NCBI GenBank assembly: GCA_943369355.1
Contig: CALRMX020000004.1
Location: forward strand, 347,654-379,653
DNA: 32,000 nucleotides
Source: Chitinophaga pinensis
GTDB taxonomy: Bacteria; Bacteroidota; Bacteroidia; UBA7662
Direction: 5' to 3'
Under the pieces are notes generated by a model. It was not told where the DNA came from and did no database searches. It worked only from the letters and a program-made list of their open reading frames with translations. Made by a program: the position numbers and the translations under genes. Positions 8,761 through 15,673 of this stretch are shown here, one piece after another. Position 1 is the first letter of the stretch. Each line of letters begins with the position of its first letter.

Positions 8761-9059
8761 GAGATAAACCTAAGACAGCCATTTCTTTTTGCCAACCAAT
8801 CTTTGGAAGCAGCAATAGATGGATGCAAGATAAAGCCATTCTGGTGTGTTGGAGAATCAAGGTATGGCTTGCCTGGTCGGTCCAGGAATTCACAAGCGAT
8901 GCAAAAAGCAGCTTCATATTAGCCACATCATGCTAGCATAGTACCCTTTTAGCACTTAATGGCAAAATCATCTTTAACTAAATAATTTAGGTAAACAAAT
9001 AGTCGAAAAACTTACAGCAACACATGGAAAATTGCATTTTCAATCTATTTCAATCTATT

Positions 9060-10382
9060 TCAATGGTTTAAAAGCCAATTGATTCCGAGCTGTAAAGAAA
9101 GTGCACCTACTCTAAGTTCGTTTACACCTAAGGGTCGTAGGGGATGATAATAATTCAAAACTGCCTGCAATTCAATGTTTTGGTTCCACGCATAGGAAGT
9201 TCCCAAGCCAACATTAAGGTGGGAAAGGCTAATACCCTCTTTCCCTAATCGGGTTCGATTCACGAAATCCCTATCGGTATCCTCGAAATAATATTTGAAC
9301 GATTCGCTCAGAACTACATTACCTAAAACTCCTCCTGCTACCTGAAAACGCCACATACGGTAGTCTAATAGGGTATATCGGAGCTGCATTGGCACCAACA
9401 AATGTGATGACATCACACCTATTTCATCTGGTTCTGTTGTCAAATTTGAATATCCTGGGAAAAGCAACTTTTGCGATTGTGAAACCAACGAAAGGTCGTC
9501 AATCTCATTTTTTTGTAAGCCATATTGTACCCCAGCTTCTAGTTGCCAATGGTGCCAATCTAGCTGAAAGGCTCCACCAACAAAAGCACCATAACGCGTG
9601 TCAAAATTGGCATAATCAAATGGAGACAGACCACTAAATCTCGGTCCAGCCGAAAAAAATACACTGGGTTGGTTTCGTTTGCTGTCGTCCATTTTTAGCA
9701 AATCCTCGTCGTGATAGGCTTGCTCCAAACTGTCGATCGTCATGGTTGAGTTTTCTGCCGCTGAACTTGGAACCAGACTCTGACTTTCTACTTTGGACGT
9801 AGTACTGTCATTGGCCCCTTTGTGTTGGTTAGTCGTTAGAAAAGTTGTCAGCGTATCATCAGTGCTTGCTTCATGAGGCTTGTGCTGTAGTAGGTCAAGC
9901 GAATTTTGCTGAACGGATGCGCTATTGGTTTGATTAGAATCCAAAGTAACATTGGAAGGCATCTCGGCTGAAGAAGTTGGGTACTTGGGGTAATTGTTGG
10001 GTAAATTAATGATTTGGCCAATAGCGGCTATTTTATCAGAAGCCCCAGCTTGGGCCAAAGCTCTTTCGCGCACATACAATACTATCGTATCACGAATTAA
10101 AAGTGTGTCGCGTGTCACCACCGTGTGCTGCACCACTACTGTATCACGATTATCCGCAACTACGCTCAATTGTTGAACATTGCTTCCAAACCAAGACCAT
10201 GCAACACCAAAAAGAAGGCTGCTGAATAGGTAAGGCATCCACCACATCTTCCAAAATGCCCAGGTAGGTGCTGGAAAAGTATTGACATAACTTTTCCAAT
10301 ACGACTTTTTATACGGCACCTCGTAGTTCTCGAGCTGCTGACGGATTTTGTCTTCGAAAGATTCCTTCCCCATCATGCCCAT
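9060..10382 (-). CDS. membrane protein downstream of the ECF sigma: anti-sigma-like N-terminus, one TM, Ser/Thr/Asn-rich linker, C-terminal beta-barrel-like domain
   Basis: It overlaps the sigma gene by 10 nt (10373-10382). The N-terminus SFEDKIRQQLENYEVPY is followed by the TM segment WWMPYLFSSLLFGVAWSWF. A low-complexity region spans residues 120-230. The C-terminal half has alternating beta-strand patterns (RFQVAGGVLGNVVL, LSLQLGINWLL). Confidence 0.65.
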   Translation of the reverse strand: MGMMGKESFEDKIRQQLENYEVPYKKSYWKSYVNTFPAPTWAFWKMWWMPYLFSSLLFGVAWSWFGSNVQQLSVVADNRDTVVVQHTVVTRDTLLIRDTIVLYVRERALAQAGASDKIAAIGQIINLPNNYPKYPTSSAEMPSNVTLDSNQTNSASVQQNSLDLLQHKPHEASTDDTLTTFLTTNQHKGANDSTTSKVESQSLVPSSAAENSTMTIDSLEQAYHDEDLLKMDDSKRNQPSVFFSAGPRFSGLSPFDYANFDTRYGAFVGGAFQLDWHHWQLEAGVQYGLQKNEIDDLSLVSQSQKLLFPGYSNLTTEPDEIGVMSSHLLVPMQLRYTLLDYRMWRFQVAGGVLGNVVLSESFKYYFEDTDRDFVNRTRLGKEGISLSHLNVGLGTSYAWNQNIELQAVLNYYHPLRPLGVNELRVGALSLQLGINWLLNH

Positions 10383-10942
10383 TTTTTAGATGACCTATAT
10401 TGCTCCAAAATCGACTGTTGGAGCTTCAGACGAGCTTTGTGATAATTTGACTTGGATGCCCCCTCGGTTATACCAAGCTGCGCTGCGATCTCTTTGTGCG
10501 AATAGCCGTCAATGGCAAAAAGTGAAAACACCAGTCGGTAGGCTGGACTCAACTGTTGAATCAAACGGATTAGCTCTTCTGCATGCAACCTGTCTAAGGT
10601 GTCGTTAATTTCTAATTCGAGCACATGTTCATCGTCTAGAAAGTCGGTTTCGGAGCTTATACGCTGCCGGAGATTGAAGTGATCGATGGCTGTATTCACC
10701 ACTATTCGACGCAACCATGTGGTGAATGCAAACGAGGGATCGTAGCTTTTTAGATAGTTAAACATCTTAAAAAAAGCCTCATTCACGATTTCCAAACTGT
10801 CGTCTCGGTCTGCGCCATAGCGCATAGCCACCGACATTGCATAAGGAAAGGCCATTTCGTATAGACGATTTTGTGCACGTCTACTGCCCGCAATGCATTT
10901 ATGTATGAGAGGAAGAAGGTCTTTACTTTCGTGCAGCTTCAT
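10373..10942 (-). CDS. RNA polymerase sigma-70 family (ECF-type) sigma factor
   Basis: Region 2 is visible in NRLYEMAFPYAMSVAMRYGADRDDSLEIVNEAFFKMFNYL...F.TWLRRIVVNTAIDHF. Region 4 is visible in PAYRLVFSLFAIDGYSHKEIAAQLGITEGASKSNYHKARLKLQ. The start could also be the upstream ATG at 10975. Confidence 0.9.
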   Translation of the reverse strand: MKLHESKDLLPLIHKCIAGSRRAQNRLYEMAFPYAMSVAMRYGADRDDSLEIVNEAFFKMFNYLKSYDPSFAFTTWLRRIVVNTAIDHFNLRQRISSETDFLDDEHVLELEINDTLDRLHAEELIRLIQQLSPAYRLVFSLFAIDGYSHKEIAAQLGITEGASKSNYHKARLKLQQSILEQYRSSKKWA

Positions 10943-11402
10943 GCTTGCGGCTTTACCTTTTGGGGGAAGGTCCAACAGCCTATACCTTCAAAATCACGAA
11001 AGGTTTCCTCGTGTCAGAAATTTATTTTTTGGCACCTCTCCAAAACAGCAAAATATCACCCCTTAAATCTCAGCAGGAAAGGAGCGTACTGCTGAAAAAA
11101 GACAAGCTTGTTGAAGCGTGCACAGCATTTGTATTAACCGCTTTTATCCTGATAAAACTTATGGCCATTATATCCTTGGATTTAAGACCAAAAAGATCAA
11201 CCCAATTACATGGATTCATCTAGACCGTTCTTCTAAATCAACGCCCCTTTGCAACTCTAGCGAGTAGACCTGCGGCTAATTGTATTTCACTCGACTTTGA
11301 ACCCATGTCATTAACCAGCCTGAACGCCGTACAACTATTTTTTATTACCAAGGCAACCAACAACGATTAACCTCCGTATAGGCCAGCAATAATCCAAACA
11401 CG

Positions 11403-12230
11403 ATGTTACGAAATTTAGTCTTTTCTCTTTTCATCACTTCGGCTTCGCTTCTAAGCTGCTCAAAAAGCGATAACCCTTTCCGTAATCGCGATGAATTCCG
11501 ATACCAGCCAATAGCCGTGTCTGAAGTACCCCAGCAAGTCCTTAGCCATGCAGTAGCTACTTTCCCCACCGCAACGTTGTTGAGCGTAGGTAAAAACATC
11601 CATCTGGGCTTTGAGCTAAATCTCAACAATAAGTGGGATATGTATTATAGTGCACAAGGTGAGTTTGTTTTTAAGAACAACGACGACGATTCTGATCAGG
11701 CCATTCCTATTTCCAACCTTCCGCAAACAATCGTCGACTACATCAATGCGAATTTCCCTGGCCGAACAATCGTTTGGGCAGAAATCGACGACGACGAATA
11801 TGAGGTATATCTCAGCGATGGTACCGAGGTGAATTTTGACCGCCGCGGTCGTTTTCTAGAAATTGACCGCGACCGCGATGCCATAAATCCAGCTAATTTG
11901 CCTCAGATCATCCTCAGCTACATCAGCACCAATTTTCCGAATAGCACCATCATCAAGGCTGAGTTAGACGATAACTTTTATGAGGTAGAGCTAAACAACG
12001 GCATAGAACTTTATTTTGATGCACAAGGCAATTTCTTAGGATTGCAGGTTGATGACCGTACCGTTGACGTCGCTGAATTGCCCACAAACATCACCATGTA
12101 CGTGGGCCAAAACTACCCGAACCTGAGCATCTTTTCGGCCGAAATCGACAATAATAGGTACGAGTTGGAATTGTCGAACGGCATTGAGTTGTATTTCGAC
12201 CTGAAAGGAAATTTCCTTTACGCAGATTAA
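11403..12230 (+). CDS. PepSY-like (putative beta-lactamase-inhibitor-like) repeat lipoprotein
   Basis: It has the lipoprotein signal MLRNLVFSLFITSASLLSC. It then has four tandem modules of the form LP..I..YI..NFP...I..AE.D...YEV.L.NG.E..FD..G.F, which is characteristic of the PepSY-like domain family. Confidence 0.8.
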   Translation: MLRNLVFSLFITSASLLSCSKSDNPFRNRDEFRYQPIAVSEVPQQVLSHAVATFPTATLLSVGKNIHLGFELNLNNKWDMYYSAQGEFVFKNNDDDSDQAIPISNLPQTIVDYINANFPGRTIVWAEIDDDEYEVYLSDGTEVNFDRRGRFLEIDRDRDAINPANLPQIILSYISTNFPNSTIIKAELDDNFYEVELNNGIELYFDAQGNFLGLQVDDRTVDVAELPTNITMYVGQNYPNLSIFSAEIDNNRYELELSNGIELYFDLKGNFLYAD

Positions 12231-12296
12231 ACGTGTTACCGTACCCCACCAGCTTGAATGTAACCAAATTTTGATCTTTAAACTTTGAACCATAAT

Positions 12297-12938
12297 ATGC
12301 AACGTATCTTTTTTCTTTTATTCACTATCGCCACTTTGTCGGCGCAGGCACAATCAGAAACCCAAACTCTGCTCGGCAAGGGCAAATTAAACAGTTGGGG
12401 GGTCATGATTAGTCCCTCCTTACAAGCAGCGAGCATTTACGGCGAAACAACACTATTCACTCAAATGAAGGCCGGAGTGGTGCTCAACGACAATTGGACC
12501 ATCGGCGGTTTTGGTGGTGTGACCCCGTTAGAACTTTATCCTGTTGGCTTGCAGTCGCAATTTGCCATTCCCACTGACTTTCGGCTCTACACCAGCGGCG
12601 GATTTATTGAGTACCACTTGCAACCGACCAAACTGCTGCATTTTGCTTTCCCTTTGTCCGTGGGCGGCATCCTGAACGACATGGACGACCGCGATTGGGG
12701 AGGCGGATTTGACCTCGATGACGATGGTGAAGACTTCCGCATTTTTGTTGAGCCAGGGGTCAATCTCGAGCTCAATCTGCATAAATATGCCCGTCTATAC
12801 GCCGGGATGAGCTATCGCTTTCATGGGGGCAGTATTTACTCCGAAGGTCTTGCCGTACCATTTACAGGCGACTATCTTCTGATTAATGCTGGATTGAAAT
12901 TCGGCGTATTTAACTTCAAAGACATTAAAAAGAAATAG
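12297..12938 (+). CDS. hypothetical secreted / outer-membrane-like protein
   Basis: The ATG at 12297 gives MQRIFFLLFTIATLSAQAQ, a signal peptide. The body is Gly/aromatic-rich with a beta-strand pattern. A strong terminator follows. Confidence 0.6.
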   Translation: MQRIFFLLFTIATLSAQAQSETQTLLGKGKLNSWGVMISPSLQAASIYGETTLFTQMKAGVVLNDNWTIGGFGGVTPLELYPVGLQSQFAIPTDFRLYTSGGFIEYHLQPTKLLHFAFPLSVGGILNDMDDRDWGGGFDLDDDGEDFRIFVEPGVNLELNLHKYARLYAGMSYRFHGGSIYSEGLAVPFTGDYLLINAGLKFGVFNFKDIKKK

Positions 12939-13063
12939 TACAAAGAAGAGGTTGTTTACACGAATAAAAACCTGGGTGAGCGAGCCATTATTTTTGACAT
13001 GACCCCAGTTCACTTTGAACTAAAATTTCATTGACTGGCACCTTATAAAACCCATTTGGAGAC

Positions 13064-13102
13064 CCTACAACTAAACCTCGCACCGCTATGCCGCGGTGCG
13101 GG
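13064..13102. repeat. 39-bp hairpin-containing direct repeat, copy 1
   Basis: cctacaactaaacctcgcaccgctatgccgcggtgcggg is identical to 13180-13218. Confidence 0.9.
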
Positions 13103-13110
13103 TTTTTTAT
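13075..13110 (+). terminator. Rho-independent terminator for the 12297..12938 gene
   Basis: The 8-bp GC stem is cgcaccgc (13080-13087) paired with gcggtgcg (13093-13100), with a 5-nt loop. It is followed by ggTTTTTTaTTT (13101-13112). Confidence 0.75.
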
Positions 13111-13179
13111 TTGCTTCCACTCGCTTGCGGCAACAGGCCGCAGACTCGGGATTAGCTTCGCTGATCCCAATGAGGGGAT

Positions 13180-13218
13180 CCTACAACTAAACCTCGCACC
13201 GCTATGCCGCGGTGCGGG
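13180..13218. repeat. 39-bp hairpin-containing direct repeat, copy 2 (abuts and overlaps the tRNA 3' end)
   Basis: It is identical to 13064-13102. Its last 8 nt (13211-13218) supply the tRNA acceptor 3' strand. Confidence 0.9.
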
Positions 13219-13294
13219 AGGGATTCGAACCCCCGGTACCTTGCGGTACACTTGATTTCGAATCAAGCACATTCGACCACTCTGACACCTCTCC
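13210..13294 (-). tRNA. tRNA-Ser (anticodon CGA), class II with long variable arm; acceptor and D stems imperfect, so possibly impaired
   Basis: The reverse strand reads GGAGAGG TG TCA GAGTGGTCGAA TGT G CTTGA TTCGAAA TCAAG TGTACCGCAAGGTACC GGGGG TTCGAAT CCCTC CCGCACC G. The anticodon stem, the variable arm (GTACC/GGTAC) and the T-loop TTCGAAT are good. The acceptor 3' strand CCGCACC pairs with GGAGAGG at only 5 of 7 positions. There is no encoded CCA. Confidence 0.7.
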
Positions 13295-13348
13295 AGGATC
13301 GGGGTGCAAATATATCAAGGAAGATTGGAATTCAATAAATGACGCTTA
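13277..13348. repeat. 72-bp direct repeat, copy A (tRNA-Ser 5' 18 nt, its promoter, and the 3' end of the GIY-YIG ORF)
   Basis: ccactctgacacctctccaggatcggggtgcaaatatatcaaggaagattggaattcaataaatgacgctta. It differs from copy B at a single position (c/t at 13300 vs 13678). Confidence 0.9.
13307..13335 (-). promoter_or_regulatory. Bacteroidota-type promoter (-33 TTG / -7 TATATTTG) for tRNA-Ser
   Basis: The reverse strand reads TTG-N18-TATATTTG-N12-GGAGAGG (tRNA +1). TATATTTG matches the TAnnTTTG -7 consensus exactly. Confidence 0.6.
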
Positions 13349-13572
13349 ATCCAAGCCCTGCCCCAACCAGACTTTAAATAAGTCTCCCTTTTACGAGCTA
13401 AAGTTCTATTTGGGAATTCTTCGTAGTGTAAAAGCGTCCATGGCCCTTTACCTTTCGTCCAACGATGCTTGCCTTTTTCTTGGTTATGTTCTTTAAAGCG
13501 CCGGTTTAAATCGGATGTTTCACCGATGTAAAGCTGCTTTTCAACATTCACGAGTATGTAAACAAAATGCAT
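13315..13572 (-). CDS. GIY-YIG nuclease superfamily protein (small UPF0213/YhbQ-like type)
   Basis: From the internal ATG at 13572 the sequence is MHFVYILVNVEKQLYIGETSDLNRRFKEHN...TKGKGPWTLLHYEEFPNRTLARKRETYLKS. This shows the GIY(VYIL)...YIG...R...H...E motif order. The longer track ORF (to 13638) adds an Arg/Pro-rich non-homologous extension. Confidence 0.8.
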   Translation of the reverse strand: MHFVYILVNVEKQLYIGETSDLNRRFKEHNQEKGKHRWTKGKGPWTLLHYEEFPNRTLARKRETYLKSGWGRAWIKRHLLNSNLP

Positions 13573-13654
13573 ATACAATTCTTGAATACATTCGCCACGT
13601 GACGCAGCTGGCTGCGTACGTGGTCGCGTTTGCCGCAAAACGGCAGCACGCGAA

Positions 13655-13726
13655 CCACTCTGACACCTCTCCAGGATTGGGGTGCAAATATATCAAGGAA
13701 GATTGGAATTCAATAAATGACGCTTA
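13655..13726. repeat. 72-bp direct repeat, copy B (orphan tRNA-Ser 5' fragment plus a second promoter copy, upstream of GIY-YIG)
   Basis: It is the same 72 bp located 378 bp from copy A. The tRNA-like sequence GGAGAGGTGTCAGAGTGG(T)TCG stops after about 22 nt and unrelated sequence follows. Confidence 0.9.
13685..13713 (-). promoter_or_regulatory. duplicate copy of the tRNA promoter (-33 TTG / -7 TATATTTG), positioned to drive the GIY-YIG gene
   Basis: It is identical to 13307-13335 within repeat copy B. It lies about 113 nt upstream of the GIY-YIG ATG on the same strand. Confidence 0.5.
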
Positions 13727-13897
13727 TTCACGAACTATACCTTTTGGCACTAAATCTAAAATCCCATTAAATTACTTTAATAATTCAGGAAAAAACGCAT
13801 CCAACAAGTTGTCAACCTAAAAATTTACTTGAAAGTTATGTAATATTGAGGCGCCGTGTTATCCACATGCGGCGTGTATAACCTCAACCGCTAAACT

Positions 13898-15673
13898 GTG
13901 ACCCACCGAATATTGTATCGGCTGCTGCTAATTATGCTCTTAGCAGGGTTAGATGCAAGTGCCCAAATAGATTTCGATGGCATGTTGGCTGCTCCAGCCG
14001 ACAGTCCACCTCGCGACCGCATGCTGGAACAGCGTATCGCCAACAGAATTGCAGAATATTACAGCCGAGATTTGTTTTTGGTACATGCCTGGGCCGATCC
14101 CGAAGAAGCCCGAGAGCTCAATGAGCGGAATATGGTTTTGCCCGGCATGCCGCTGCAACTCACCGACGACAACCTCCCCATCGAACCCGATGCGGCCAGA
14201 GGACCTCGCACGCTGCTCCTCTACCTCGATACCAGCTTTACCCCAAGTGACGTACGCTTTGTAGAGGTTTTGTTGCGGGGCATCGACAGTTGGGACCAAA
14301 GCCGTGGCGATAAAGTAGAACTTATCCCCATCGTTTTCCCGCGTAAAAAAGACTGGACCGACTGGCTCAAAGAATTGCCCAAAAGCGTAGCTACACCTCA
14401 GCCCGCACCACAACAGCCCAATTACCCGGTTTATTTACCATCCCCCGAAAAAGAAGATCCAGCCCCAGCGCCAATACCGGCCGAAACCATACCCATTTGG
14501 CAATGGGCTGTACTTATTGGTGGTTTAATTGTCCTCATAGGCATTTTTGTGTTGCTTGGCATGTGGATTCAAAAACGATCAACTCAAGAGCTCATTCGTT
14601 TGGCAACCCAGCCGCAACAACGCCCTGAGGTGTTTAGTCTGCATCCTGAACCTAAAACCGACACTGTAAGTACAGCTGAGCCGGTGGTAGTAAACACTTC
14701 GGGATGGGAACCCCATGCGGCACGCGACTTTGTGATTAGTCAAACCATTGGCGAGCCTGCACGTACGGCTAAAATATTAGAAGGCTGGTCGCGACAAGGC
14801 GAAGAAGGCCTCAAACGTGCCGCTGCATCGTTGGCAGCCAGTAACGACCAATTGCTGTTGCTCATGCGGGGCAAAATGGATGCAACCGCCGAAACCGCCA
14901 TTTCTCAAGAGCTTCAACCGCTACGCACGCAGCAAAAAGAACAGTTTGCTGATGCCCTCATTGCATTGGCCAACGCATTGTCGTACCAAGGTCGCGACTT
15001 GGAGCCGGTGAACCATTTTGGATTTTTATCGCAGCTCGACGATCAGTCGCTCATGCATTTATTCAAAGAGGAGGCACCACGTTTGGTAGCGCTTCTCATT
15101 GCACAGTTGCCCACCGACCAGGCCAAACGTTTACTCCGCCAATTCGATGCACCTACACGTTCGCAGGTATTGGTGAATTTGGGCAGTATCAGTCAACTGC
15201 CGTTGAGTCTGTACCAAGAAATAGGTCAGCATTTCGCTCGCAAGGCGATGGAGGTTAAGCGTTTGCAAGGTCTTCCGTTTGATGGCCAACAGGTGCTTGT
15301 ACAATTGCTCGAAAATTTCGACGAAGACGAGCAGAACAACATCATCGAACACATGGCCATTAGCGACCCACAGCAGGCCGAAACCACCAACAAACGCCTC
15401 GTTCGTTTCAGCAGATTGCGCGACTACCCAGCCAATGTATTGCAAAAGGCTTGGCTCGAAGTGGATACAGAATTGATGGTACAAGCATTGGCCGGACTCG
15501 ACAAACAAATTGCTCGTCATGTATTGAGCACCCGCGCCAAACGCGAACGCGACCTCATATTATCAGAGCTGGAAAACGAAGCAGACATATCGCCCGCACT
15601 CACCAGCAAGGCAAGGAAACACATGCTCACGCTCCTGAAAAACTACTTAAAAGAACAACAATGGTCCGCCTGA
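13898..15673 (+). CDS. membrane-anchored FliG-like protein: signal peptide, periplasmic domain, Pro-rich linker, one TM, cytoplasmic FliG N/M/C-like domains
   Basis: The GTG start gives MTHRILYRLLLIMLLAGLDASAQ. The TM segment IWQWAVLIGGLIVLIGIFVLLGMWI is followed by QKRS. The C-terminal roughly 315 aa align by eye with FliG. EEAPRLVALLIAQLPTDQAKRLLRQF resembles the EHPQTIALILSYL... M-domain. DGQQVLVQLLENFDEDEQNNIIEHMAISDPQQAE...LVRFSRL...VLQKAWLEVDTELMVQALAGLDKQIARHVLSTRAKRERDLILSELE resembles the GG..AAEILN.LD...ILE.I.E.DP.LAE.I...MF.FEDL...IQ..LREVD...LA.ALKGA.E.L.EKI..NMS.RAAE.L.EDLE C-domain. Confidence 0.8.
   Translation: MTHRILYRLLLIMLLAGLDASAQIDFDGMLAAPADSPPRDRMLEQRIANRIAEYYSRDLFLVHAWADPEEARELNERNMVLPGMPLQLTDDNLPIEPDAARGPRTLLLYLDTSFTPSDVRFVEVLLRGIDSWDQSRGDKVELIPIVFPRKKDWTDWLKELPKSVATPQPAPQQPNYPVYLPSPEKEDPAPAPIPAETIPIWQWAVLIGGLIVLIGIFVLLGMWIQKRSTQELIRLATQPQQRPEVFSLHPEPKTDTVSTAEPVVVNTSGWEPHAARDFVISQTIGEPARTAKILEGWSRQGEEGLKRAAASLAASNDQLLLLMRGKMDATAETAISQELQPLRTQQKEQFADALIALANALSYQGRDLEPVNHFGFLSQLDDQSLMHLFKEEAPRLVALLIAQLPTDQAKRLLRQFDAPTRSQVLVNLGSISQLPLSLYQEIGQHFARKAMEVKRLQGLPFDGQQVLVQLLENFDEDEQNNIIEHMAISDPQQAETTNKRLVRFSRLRDYPANVLQKAWLEVDTELMVQALAGLDKQIARHVLSTRAKRERDLILSELENEADISPALTSKARKHMLTLLKNYLKEQQWSA

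Noticed and set aside
8645-8926. 93-aa ORF upstream of and overlapping the GSCFA gene, and similar small ORFs in intergenic DNA (10871..11095+, 10945..11223+, 11345..11629-, 20486..20704+, 23179..23412+, 26058..26300+)
   Set aside because: They have no start context, signal or family motif. They overlap better-supported genes or lie in AT-rich promoter regions, so they are most likely spurious.
9041-9065. Tandem 10-mer caatctattt x2.4 at the 3' end of the 9060..10382 gene
   Set aside because: It is very short and has a low copy number. It overlaps the stop codon region, and there is no evidence of function beyond chance or slippage.
12988-13272. 94-aa reverse-strand ORF
   Set aside because: It runs through the tRNA-Ser gene and both 39-bp hairpin repeats. 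It has no coding signature.
13064-13728. tRNA-flanking direct repeats as attL/attR of an integrated prophage or ICE
   Set aside because: The repeat pairs bracket only 116 bp and 378 bp. No integrase or other mobile-element genes are present. The 72-bp repeat duplicates the tRNA 5' end and promoter rather than the 3' end used by classical integrases.
15451-15660. N-terminal 70 codons of track ORF 15451..16716
   Set aside because: This part overlaps the well-supported FliG-like C-domain in another frame. It translates to Arg/His/Thr-rich junk. The internal ATG at 15661 yields a textbook signal peptide.
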